Source: Planctomycetaceae bacterium (GTDB taxonomy: Bacteria > Planctomycetota > Planctomycetia > Pirellulales > Pirellulaceae). From it: a DNA stretch of 64,000 nucleotides. The translations under genes and the position numbers were made by a program. Below, in pieces: positions 10,313-18,280 of the stretch. The DNA is taken from contig PBOG01000271.1 of NCBI GenBank assembly GCA_002724245.1, positions 17,638-81,637 on the forward strand. Direction: 5' to 3'. Under the pieces are notes generated by a model. The model searched no databases, was not told where the DNA came from, and saw only the letters and a program-made list of their open reading frames with translations. Every line of letters begins with the position of its first letter. Within the stretch, counting starts at the first letter, position 1.

Positions 10313-11339
10313 AACAGATACTCACAGGAAAAGAAACGAATTCTGCAACATAGCAAGATACGACATGCACACCAGCCGGTCGAACAGCCCCCCACCTGGC
10401 ATGTTCGAGCAACATCGACGAGACAATTTGGTACGCCGCTGCACGGTATCAATAGCGCGACCGGACTACGTTTGTTCGTCTCATGTTCGCAGGTTTCATC
10501 GTAGCATTCCCGCGCGAATATGCAACGTGCTGAAAACACCCAAAACACGTCGCTCCAGCACATTAACGAGCAAAACAGACAGGAGCTCGTAGCCGGCTTC
10601 GATTCCGCGAAGCCAAGTGCAACTCCCATGGCTCTACAAGACAACCACCAAGAGCAGGATGCTTTCGCGATCCAATCAGTCTGGTCATCGGAAAGGTTTT
10701 CGGAAATCGTGCCAGACTGGTCAAGCACGATTCGACATGGACAGCAGAATGCACAAGGAGCTGACACGCCGGGACGGCCCTGGTACTGGAAATGAGCCGG
10801 CAAGATCCGCCACCGGCTGACAGTCAAACAGTTCGAGCACGATTCCGGTTCCAGGCAGGGAAATCTCCTGCTGGGGCCATGCCATGCGAAAACTCACTTC
10901 CACACCATTGACGATCGCCTGGCAGATCGGGGCGGTCGCCGCAGTGCCACAGACGTCTTTTCCTGCTCCCTGATGTAAACAGGCCTTTGTGGCGCGCCAA
11001 GCTGGCGTTTCCCTGTTACAATGCGTCTAGCGTGTCACTGTGTTGCAACGACTCTTCGAGGTTTGTCTTGCCAGCTCGTCCCAAGGCAAACCGGCGGCGC
11101 TCCGTGACAAAACACCTAACCAATTGTATATTCCTTCATGAGAAGTCCACGGATTTCTCACCCAGGCAGCCAGGCGCAAAGTGTTCTACCAGATGTCAAA
11201 TTGTGTTCAGACAGAATTGGACCAAGGTATTGACCGGCAAGGTCACCCTGTCGTGATCGCCTGGCCTGCAATCGTTTCCGTGATCTCCGCTAAAAACAAA
11301 CTTCTTCTTTTCCTTGAACCTTGACTTGAGATTACCGGC

Positions 11340-12305
11340 ATGGACGGAACCAGCCTGGATACCTCTTCGGTGCTGCTCACGGGAGCGACTGGATTCCTTG
11401 GTCGTCATTGTCTGAATGCGCTTACCCAACGCTTCGGACAAGTACACGCTGTCGCGCACCGCAAGCCAATCGTAGCTGCGGACTCCGTGATCAAACATGA
11501 GGTCAATCTACTCGACCCTGCAGCCGTCGATCATTTAATCGACCAGACACGTCCCTCGCACTTGCTACATCTCGCGTGGGTGAATGCACACAGCACGTTC
11601 TGGCATTCCGCAGAAAACCTCCGCTGGCTGGAAGCCAGCCTGCATCTCGTCCAGAAATTTACCGAATGTGGTGGCCAGCGTCTGGTCACCGCGGGAAGCT
11701 GTGCAGAGTATCGCTATGATCAGGGAACCTGCCACGAAGATCGAACCCCACTTGCTCCTGATAGTTTTTATGGACAATGCAAACAGAGTATGCAGTCTCT
11801 AATTGAATCCTATGCCAGAGAGCAACAACTCAGTTACGCGCATTCGCGTATTTTCCACCTCTATGGGCCACACGAAAATCCATTACGTTTCGTGCCCACT
11901 GTGATTCGTTCGTTACTTCACACTTCTCACAGCAAATGCTCCGACGGACACCAGATTCGTGACTATCTGTATGTCGAAGATGCCGCCGACGCGCACACTC
12001 AGCTGCTCTGTTCTGACTATCAGGGATGTGTGAACATCGGTTCTGGCTTGCCGGTCTCCTTGCGGCAGTTGGCATCCACCATTCAGTCGCTGGTTGGCCG
12101 CTCTGCGCATCTCATTGAATTTGGCCGGATCCCGCGTCGCGATAATGAACCGACGGTACTGCTGGCAGATACCCGTCGAATTTCCCGCGAAATCGGCTGG
12201 GTACCACACTGGGATCTCAATGCTGGATTGTTTCATACTATCCAGTGGTGGAAGGATCAGGAGATGCAATGTACTTCTCCTCCTCCGGCCCCAGCCGCTG
12301 CCTGA
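11340..12305 (+). CDS. NAD-dependent epimerase/dehydratase (extended SDR)
   Basis: 321-aa ORF with a VLLTGATGFLGRH Rossmann motif and a YxxxK-type centre (FYGQCK). Confidence 0.85.
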   Translation: MDGTSLDTSSVLLTGATGFLGRHCLNALTQRFGQVHAVAHRKPIVAADSVIKHEVNLLDPAAVDHLIDQTRPSHLLHLAWVNAHSTFWHSAENLRWLEASLHLVQKFTECGGQRLVTAGSCAEYRYDQGTCHEDRTPLAPDSFYGQCKQSMQSLIESYAREQQLSYAHSRIFHLYGPHENPLRFVPTVIRSLLHTSHSKCSDGHQIRDYLYVEDAADAHTQLLCSDYQGCVNIGSGLPVSLRQLASTIQSLVGRSAHLIEFGRIPRRDNEPTVLLADTRRISREIGWVPHWDLNAGLFHTIQWWKDQEMQCTSPPPAPAAA

Positions 12306-12406
12306 ATCGACGGTTCCTGTTCAGACCGGCTCACACTAGCCTGGCCTGACGGTGCGAGATTTGTTTCTGATTTGCCAATTCCGATTTGCAATAAGGCGCA
12401 GAGTGC

Positions 12407-13348
12407 ATGGAACTCGAAACCAACACTGCGGGGATTCCAATCCGCGCCCTGGGAACTACCGGAACCAAAGTGTCAATCGTTGGCTTTGGAGGCGGCCATT
12501 ACTGTCGTAAACACATCGACGAAAACACCTCGGTGCGTCTCATACAAACCGCCGTAGACCAGGGCATGACCTTTATGGACAACGCCTGGGAATATCACGA
12601 CGGGGAATCCGAGCGGCGCATGGGGATCGCGCTGGCGGGGCGACGTGACAAAGTAACGCTAATGACAAAAGTCTGTGGACGCGACCGCCAGACTGCTCAA
12701 ACACACCTGGAAGATAGTCTTCGCCGCCTAAAAACAGACGTAATCGATATCTGGCAGTTTCATGAGATCAACTACGACAACGACCCCCAATGGATATTTG
12801 AATCCGAGGGCGCGATTCGAGCGGCGGAAGCTGCGCGAGAGGCTGGCAAGGTCCGTTGGATTGGTTTTACTGGCCACAAACACCCGCAAATTCTCGCCAG
12901 AATGTTGTCCCAGGACTTTCCCTGGGACACCTGCCAGATGCCAGTCAATGTGTTAGATGCGCACTACCGCAGTTTCCAACGGGAACTACTTCCCGAATTG
13001 GCCCGGCGAGGTATCGGGGTCATCGGGATGAAAAGTCTTGGTGGCGATGCGCAACTGGTGGGTGATGTTGGCTTGACGCCACAACAGTGTCGTGGCTATG
13101 CCTTGTCTTTACCAATCAGCACACTGGTTTGTGGAATCGAGTCACTGGAAAATCTTGAGCAAGATCTATCCATTGCCCGAAATTTCCAGCCTTATACGAC
13201 CACCGAGCAGGAAGCACTCGTCCAACAGGTTCGTGACGTGGCGGGGGATGGCCGCTTTGAGTGGTTCAAGAGTACGCGTTACTACGACTCACAATTTCAC
13301 CAGCAGCAACACGGTTTCCCTGGCTTTGAAGAGGGTTTCCGGTTGTAG
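12407..13348 (+). CDS. Aldo/keto reductase
   Basis: 313-aa ORF with an AKR-like body (GFGGGH..., DNAWEYHDGESE, IDIWQFHE, GFTGHK). Its 3' end overlaps the convergent kinase gene by 83 nt. Confidence 0.9.
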   Translation: MELETNTAGIPIRALGTTGTKVSIVGFGGGHYCRKHIDENTSVRLIQTAVDQGMTFMDNAWEYHDGESERRMGIALAGRRDKVTLMTKVCGRDRQTAQTHLEDSLRRLKTDVIDIWQFHEINYDNDPQWIFESEGAIRAAEAAREAGKVRWIGFTGHKHPQILARMLSQDFPWDTCQMPVNVLDAHYRSFQRELLPELARRGIGVIGMKSLGGDAQLVGDVGLTPQQCRGYALSLPISTLVCGIESLENLEQDLSIARNFQPYTTTEQEALVQQVRDVAGDGRFEWFKSTRYYDSQFHQQQHGFPGFEEGFRL

Positions 13349-16300
13349 TCTGAAATTCACCGAGCGGGGCCCACTCAACATCGGTTCGGGTGTGCAACCG
13401 ACGAGCGATCTCAATGTAGTCCCGGCGAGGCCCGATTAACCGCGCAGCAATCTGCTCCAATGCGACCTGTTCGCGATCGTAACAGACAACAACATCGCCA
13501 TCTTGATCAGGCACACTGGTCGGTTCCTGCCCTGTGGCTCGCTGAATTTCTTCAACAAGTCGTCCATCCCCCAGGGAATCTGGAGTAATCACCAGCAGAC
13601 GCTGGGCCCCCCCCCCCTCGTCAAAGCAGGGGCGTGCTTGCTGGACAAGTTCCTGTACCACTTTGGCGCCAAGATCACTGACATCTCGCGACACGAGGTC
13701 TACGTTGAAGTTCTTGACAATCTGCAGGATCGCATGACGTGAGGATTTACGGACTTCCAATTTGAGTTGCTGACGACTCTCCATCTGACCAAGCATCAGT
13801 GAAAGCCGGCGATGTGAACTGAAAAATCTACTTGCCAGATCGCGGTCAACTTGTTCGATCAACGCTGCCTCTTCTGATCGCAATCTCTCCGACAAGTGGA
13901 CAGAACGATCCTGTTCCGACATTGGTTGACTCGGTTCACGAACCCCTGGCCGAACCGCGAACTCATCTGCAAGTTGATTCAGGTCTTTCGCCAGCTCCTG
14001 CAGACGATCCATTGCGGTATTGACCTGGGCTGAGATGCCGCGGATCAGGTCACCGACTGATTTCTCCAGCAGATGTTGCAACCGTGTTTCAGCGTACTGC
14101 TTTGCCTGATCCCGCAGTTCCGCTGCAACGATCGCAGGTCGCCTTCGAGATTGCTTCGCGAATGCATGATTCTCAAACGATTCCAACCGTTGTTCCCATG
14201 CACTCTGGTACTCGCGGGATACCTTATGGATCGCATCCAACTGTTCCACCAAGAGATGGACAACCCGCTGTGCTCCAGGCACCCGTAATTCTCTCCGGTC
14301 TACCAAACTGACAATCCATTCTGAACATATCTTTCCCAGATGGACTAACCAAGGTCGCAAAGTCGTTTCAAGTTGTTCTGCCAGGAGCCCACAGGCTGTG
14401 TCGTTCGTCAGATACTGGTGGCGCACTCCCAATGCCCGGTCAATGGCCTGTACCACTTCACGTAAATCTGTTGCCGAGGGAACATTCCCCACAGCAGGAC
14501 CCACCGTCTCGGCGATTAATTGTTCCAGATAAGATTCCTGATCCTGGTCCAGCAGACCAGCCAACAGGTCAGCGACTCGGTCCCGCAATTGGTCACCTGC
14601 GAGCCCCCATTCCTCGAGCTGGCACAGAGCCAATTGTCGACAGAGGTCGCTCTCCGCCAGGCGACGGCCTCCGGAGTGATACCTGGTTTCATCCATTTCA
14701 CTTTGGACAGAACCTCTCCAACCTCGTACTACCATGCGACAAATACGTTCCACATCGTTATCTGAAATGTACTCTCGAATATTTGTAAAACCGGCAATCC
14801 CGAGGGTTCGCAAATAGCCATCTGCCAGAGGTGCATCACTGCTGCGCGGTTCCAGAGCGCGAAATTGATCCAGAACTTCAGCGGAACCAGGGATAACAGA
14901 CCGGTAAAGGTATTCCGCCAACAAACCGGTTGCCGTGTCAAACCGGTCTTCGTTCAAGTCATCTCCTAAATGCACCATATAGGTCGACTGAAACGCCGAT
15001 GGACGGTCGTAATACGCGGGCAGGTCGCAGGCGTGGTCTCCTGGGTAGGCGCCCCCATCTACACAAAAGTGATAGAGCTCGCTCAAAGCCGCATAGGTAT
15101 TGGCAACGGCGAGATCCCGAGCTTTCGTTTGACTCGGTGTGCTATGTGAGAGAATGCCACACACACGTTCGTCCGAGAATCCCAGTTGTGCCAGCACTGT
15201 GCGTACCGCATAGGCGAGATCCGGCAACATGCCGCTCGCAGTGCCACCAGCCAGGGAGCCTACAATGAACACACGCGGACCGGAAAGCGTGCCCGTGGTG
15301 GTGGCATCCGACTCTTGATAATGGGCCATCGATGAAGCAATCGTTTTCCGCAAACTATTGAGCACCGCCGCGCTATGATCCACAAATGCCAATCGTCCAA
15401 GCGGCCTGAGACCCTCTGTCCGTAACGACCTGGGAATATTGTATAGCCAGCGCCGACTCATCCATTGGAGAAGTTGCTGGGATTGTGAGCGATAGTCTTT
15501 ACTGGGGCGAAGTGGCATGGCCAATGTCTGGCTGTCGTGAAGCGTGGTTGAACTTTCACCACGCGTCGCGTCCGCTAACGCGCTGATGTCGGTATCAAGG
15601 AGCAGCATTTGAATTTGGCCCGACACTTGTGGCTCACCAAATCGATCACTCAATCGCTGCTGCAAATGGCGGAACGTGCGCGCGGCTGTCCCACCCACTC
15701 CCAGAAAAATGGTCGGACACAATTGCGGCGGCTGTACCACTGCTTTCAAAGCGGGTAATGATGCGACTTGATGCGAAACGCGTACTAGTGTTTCGGTCCG
15801 TTTGACAGAACGCGGCTTCTGCGATTCGATCGACGCCGTCTCACACATCTGCAAGCTGCCAGCAGCACGGTTTTGGATAACAGCCCGCCGCGGCGGCCGT
15901 CCTGTGCGCACGTCCGCATGCGACAAGTTCTCGACAAGAGAACGACAATTTGGGAATCGCCTCTCCGGATTCTTGCTCAATGCACGACCAATGATGGCCT
16001 GATCGCTACGTGACAACCTGGAAAGGTCGGGGCGCCGGTGAAGATGTTGAACCGCCAGTTGTGCTGCAGTCTGCCCCTCAAAAGGTAAATGCCCGGTCAG
16101 CATCTGCTGGAAGACAATCGCCAGGCTGTACTGGTCACTATACCGATTTGGCTGATCATCAAAGACTTCAGGCGGAGCATAGTTGGGAGTCAAACCCGCC
16201 GCATTCGAGACTTCGGCCTCACGCAGGTTCTTGATCAGCCCAAAATCGGCAACCTTCACACGACCTCCGAGGAGTAGCAAATTGGCCGGTTTGATATCCA

Positions 16301-16748
16301 GATGCTGCAATCCATGGTGCTGAAAAATGTAATCCAAACCGTCCGCCGCATCGCGCAAATAAACCAGCAACTCGTCACGTGGTATACCGATTTTGTCTTG
16401 CCGAAGACATGCTTCAAAACGATCTTCAAGACTACCGTCGGCCAATTCCGTGACAATAACCAGACAATCACGAATGACTTCAATCCGCTCCAATGAAAGC
16501 AGAAAAGGATGATGGGCATCCTTGATACGGTTCAGCGCCTTTAATTCCCGGGCAGCTCGCGCATCATCATGACGCCCAAGCACAATCTTGATTGCTTTCT
16601 CCAGCCCTCCCGGAGCTTCTGCTTTCCAGACATCACCAAATCCACCGGAACCAATTCTCTCCAGAATCCTATATCCTGGAATCGGCTCCAATAGATCAAG
16701 TTTAGGGTTCGAGAGAACTTCGGTTTCCATGCCTGCCACCAGAATCAA
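13266..16748 (-). CDS. Hanks-type Ser/Thr protein kinase fused to a tubulin/FtsZ-like (Tubulin_2-type) domain and a long alpha-helical C-terminal region
   Basis: 1160-aa ORF. The start is TTG 16748, overlapping the upstream stop, or ATG 16730. Kinase core, aa ~25-275 (nt 15924-16676): GSGGFGDVWKA, AIK, HLDIKPANLLL, DFG, APPE. Tubulin-like region, aa ~344-660 (nt 14769-15719): IFLGVGGTAAR (G-box 1-like) and VFIVGSLAGGTASGMLPDLAYAVR (tubulin signature GGTxSG, nt 15231-15248). The remaining ~500 aa are helical and charged. Confidence 0.85.
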   Translation of the reverse strand: MILVAGMETEVLSNPKLDLLEPIPGYRILERIGSGGFGDVWKAEAPGGLEKAIKIVLGRHDDARAARELKALNRIKDAHHPFLLSLERIEVIRDCLVIVTELADGSLEDRFEACLRQDKIGIPRDELLVYLRDAADGLDYIFQHHGLQHLDIKPANLLLLGGRVKVADFGLIKNLREAEVSNAAGLTPNYAPPEVFDDQPNRYSDQYSLAIVFQQMLTGHLPFEGQTAAQLAVQHLHRRPDLSRLSRSDQAIIGRALSKNPERRFPNCRSLVENLSHADVRTGRPPRRAVIQNRAAGSLQMCETASIESQKPRSVKRTETLVRVSHQVASLPALKAVVQPPQLCPTIFLGVGGTAARTFRHLQQRLSDRFGEPQVSGQIQMLLLDTDISALADATRGESSTTLHDSQTLAMPLRPSKDYRSQSQQLLQWMSRRWLYNIPRSLRTEGLRPLGRLAFVDHSAAVLNSLRKTIASSMAHYQESDATTTGTLSGPRVFIVGSLAGGTASGMLPDLAYAVRTVLAQLGFSDERVCGILSHSTPSQTKARDLAVANTYAALSELYHFCVDGGAYPGDHACDLPAYYDRPSAFQSTYMVHLGDDLNEDRFDTATGLLAEYLYRSVIPGSAEVLDQFRALEPRSSDAPLADGYLRTLGIAGFTNIREYISDNDVERICRMVVRGWRGSVQSEMDETRYHSGGRRLAESDLCRQLALCQLEEWGLAGDQLRDRVADLLAGLLDQDQESYLEQLIAETVGPAVGNVPSATDLREVVQAIDRALGVRHQYLTNDTACGLLAEQLETTLRPWLVHLGKICSEWIVSLVDRRELRVPGAQRVVHLLVEQLDAIHKVSREYQSAWEQRLESFENHAFAKQSRRRPAIVAAELRDQAKQYAETRLQHLLEKSVGDLIRGISAQVNTAMDRLQELAKDLNQLADEFAVRPGVREPSQPMSEQDRSVHLSERLRSEEAALIEQVDRDLASRFFSSHRRLSLMLGQMESRQQLKLEVRKSSRHAILQIVKNFNVDLVSRDVSDLGAKVVQELVQQARPCFDEGGGAQRLLVITPDSLGDGRLVEEIQRATGQEPTSVPDQDGDVVVCYDREQVALEQIAARLIGPRRDYIEIARRLHTRTDVEWAPLGEFQTTTGNPLQSQGNRVAAGEIVSRSNAYS
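13607..13617. repeat. C11 (G11 on the coding strand) homopolymer tract inside the kinase-tubulin-like CDS
   Basis: Counted directly: gctggg-ccccccccccc-tcg. On the minus strand it reads GAG GGG GGG GGG GCC (E-G-G-G-A, aa ~1044-1048). The other runs I spotted are 7 nt or shorter, but this was by eye, not a systematic scan. Confidence 0.95.
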
Positions 16749-18130
16749 GCGGACTCGCCTAGAACCATCGCAAAGTAGCTCGCTACAACGCGATCAAAAT
16801 ATTCAGGCTTCATTGAAAATTCAACATCGCGGTACGTACACATATTCCGAACTTGAGACAACAAATCGCGCGGATGACAGCGTCTCAACGCGCGTCCTAC
16901 CGTGCGGTAATGACACTCCAATAGATCCTCAACCACATCGGCACGATAATCACACCCGAAGTGGTAACAGCAAAGCTGAAACAAATGATGAAATTCTTCT
17001 TCAGATGGATCACCTACTTCGATCTTGTAGGGAATACGACGCAAGAACGCTTCATCAACCAGTTCGCAAGGCTCCAGATTCGTCGAAAAGATAATTAACT
17101 GCTCAAAGGGAACCTGAACCTTCTTACCACTAGGTAATGCCAAAAAATCATGACGGTTTTCAAGCGGGATAATCCAACGATTCAGCAAGTCCGCGGGAGC
17201 CACACGCTGACGACCAAAATCGTCTATCAACAAGCACCCACAATTACTCTTGAGCTGTAGCGGGGCTTCACAAATGTTACTGCGTGTATCGTGGCGAATT
17301 TCAAGGTTGTCGAGCGTCAATTCACCTCCGACCACGACCGTCGGGCGTTTGATTCTTATCCATCTGCGATCATGTGACTGAGCGTTCAATAACCCTTCCG
17401 AACTCGTATCCACCATGTGATGGTAAGAAGGGTCATAGAGCTTGATGACCTGGTCCCCATCGATGATGGTGCTTGGAATCCAGATCTGCTGACCAAAACA
17501 ATCGGTAATTCTCCGGGCAAGCGTCGACTTTCCATTTCCCGGCGCACCGTACAAAAACATCCCAGCGCCGGAGTTCACCGCTGGACCCAATAAGTCGAAA
17601 AGATCTTCGGACACTGAAATGTCAGCCACTGCGGCCTCCAGGTCCTGGCGACGCGGCGCCTCTGCACTAATCGACTGGGCGTCAACCGAAATCACATAGT
17701 CCATCAAGGGGACTGGTGCCGGTCCTACATAGGCACAGGTGTCCATGGCAACCCGGGCCTGGGCCGCCCCTTTTTCCGTCAGGCCATAGTAATAATCGTT
17801 GAACGGCGCCGGCCCAGCGTGTACCAGCACCTGGCGTGTACGCAGGCTACTCAGTACTTCCTCCAGCATACCAAACGGCAAACAGAGGTTATCGGCAACG
17901 TTTCGACCGCTCAAAGTCCCATGGATCAGAACGTTTTTACAGATCAACGATTCGATGAAAGAGACCGGAATCCCTGCCTCCTCAACGGTCTGGGGTGCGG
18001 TTGGCCAGAATGCATCATCGGACAGAATCGTTGCCAACAGGCCCAATTCAACTTCTGGAAAATGTGTTGTCAGCATGCCAGGTATCCAGGCGTGATTGGA
18101 AAGAGTGTTCCAGTTTCCAAATTTCCCCAA
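16745..18130 (-). CDS. AAA+ ATPase with a ~185-aa family-specific N-terminal domain
   Basis: 461-aa ORF, starting at TTG 18130 or ATG 18076. Walker A is GAPGNGKST (nt 17522-17548). Walker B is LLIDDFG (nt 17219-17233). It also has a LNRWIIPLE...IIFSTNLEP sensor-like segment and FLRRIPYKIEVGDP. The stop overlaps the kinase gene start. Confidence 0.85.
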   Translation of the reverse strand: MGKFGNWNTLSNHAWIPGMLTTHFPEVELGLLATILSDDAFWPTAPQTVEEAGIPVSFIESLICKNVLIHGTLSGRNVADNLCLPFGMLEEVLSSLRTRQVLVHAGPAPFNDYYYGLTEKGAAQARVAMDTCAYVGPAPVPLMDYVISVDAQSISAEAPRRQDLEAAVADISVSEDLFDLLGPAVNSGAGMFLYGAPGNGKSTLARRITDCFGQQIWIPSTIIDGDQVIKLYDPSYHHMVDTSSEGLLNAQSHDRRWIRIKRPTVVVGGELTLDNLEIRHDTRSNICEAPLQLKSNCGCLLIDDFGRQRVAPADLLNRWIIPLENRHDFLALPSGKKVQVPFEQLIIFSTNLEPCELVDEAFLRRIPYKIEVGDPSEEEFHHLFQLCCYHFGCDYRADVVEDLLECHYRTVGRALRRCHPRDLLSQVRNMCTYRDVEFSMKPEYFDRVVASYFAMVLGESA

Positions 18131-18280
18131 ACAAACTTTAGGTTACTTTTTGGACACCTCGACCTATTCGCCCTGAACGCCAAAACCATTCAACCTGAAT
18201 AACCCGCGTTACCGCACCTTCTTCGTTGCTCGTTCTATTTGTGGCGTAGAGTTTTTCGAGACACTGTTGGCGGACCTGTC

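Noticed and set aside
10222-10827. 201-aa minus-strand ORF in the large intergenic region
   Set aside because: It overlaps the aroH 5' end. It is extremely Cys/Trp-rich (…CAFCCPCRIV…, …[16 protein letters not shown]…) with no domain resemblance, so it is unlikely to be translated.
10721-10903. 60-aa minus-strand ORF with locally protein-like sequence (VEVSFRMAWPQQEISLPGTGIVLELFD)
   Set aside because: The frame is open up to a TGA at ~11030, but it has no ATG/GTG/TTG before the internal GTG, and the C-terminal part degenerates. At best it is a decayed gene fragment. I mention it under the intergenic finding rather than calling it a CDS.
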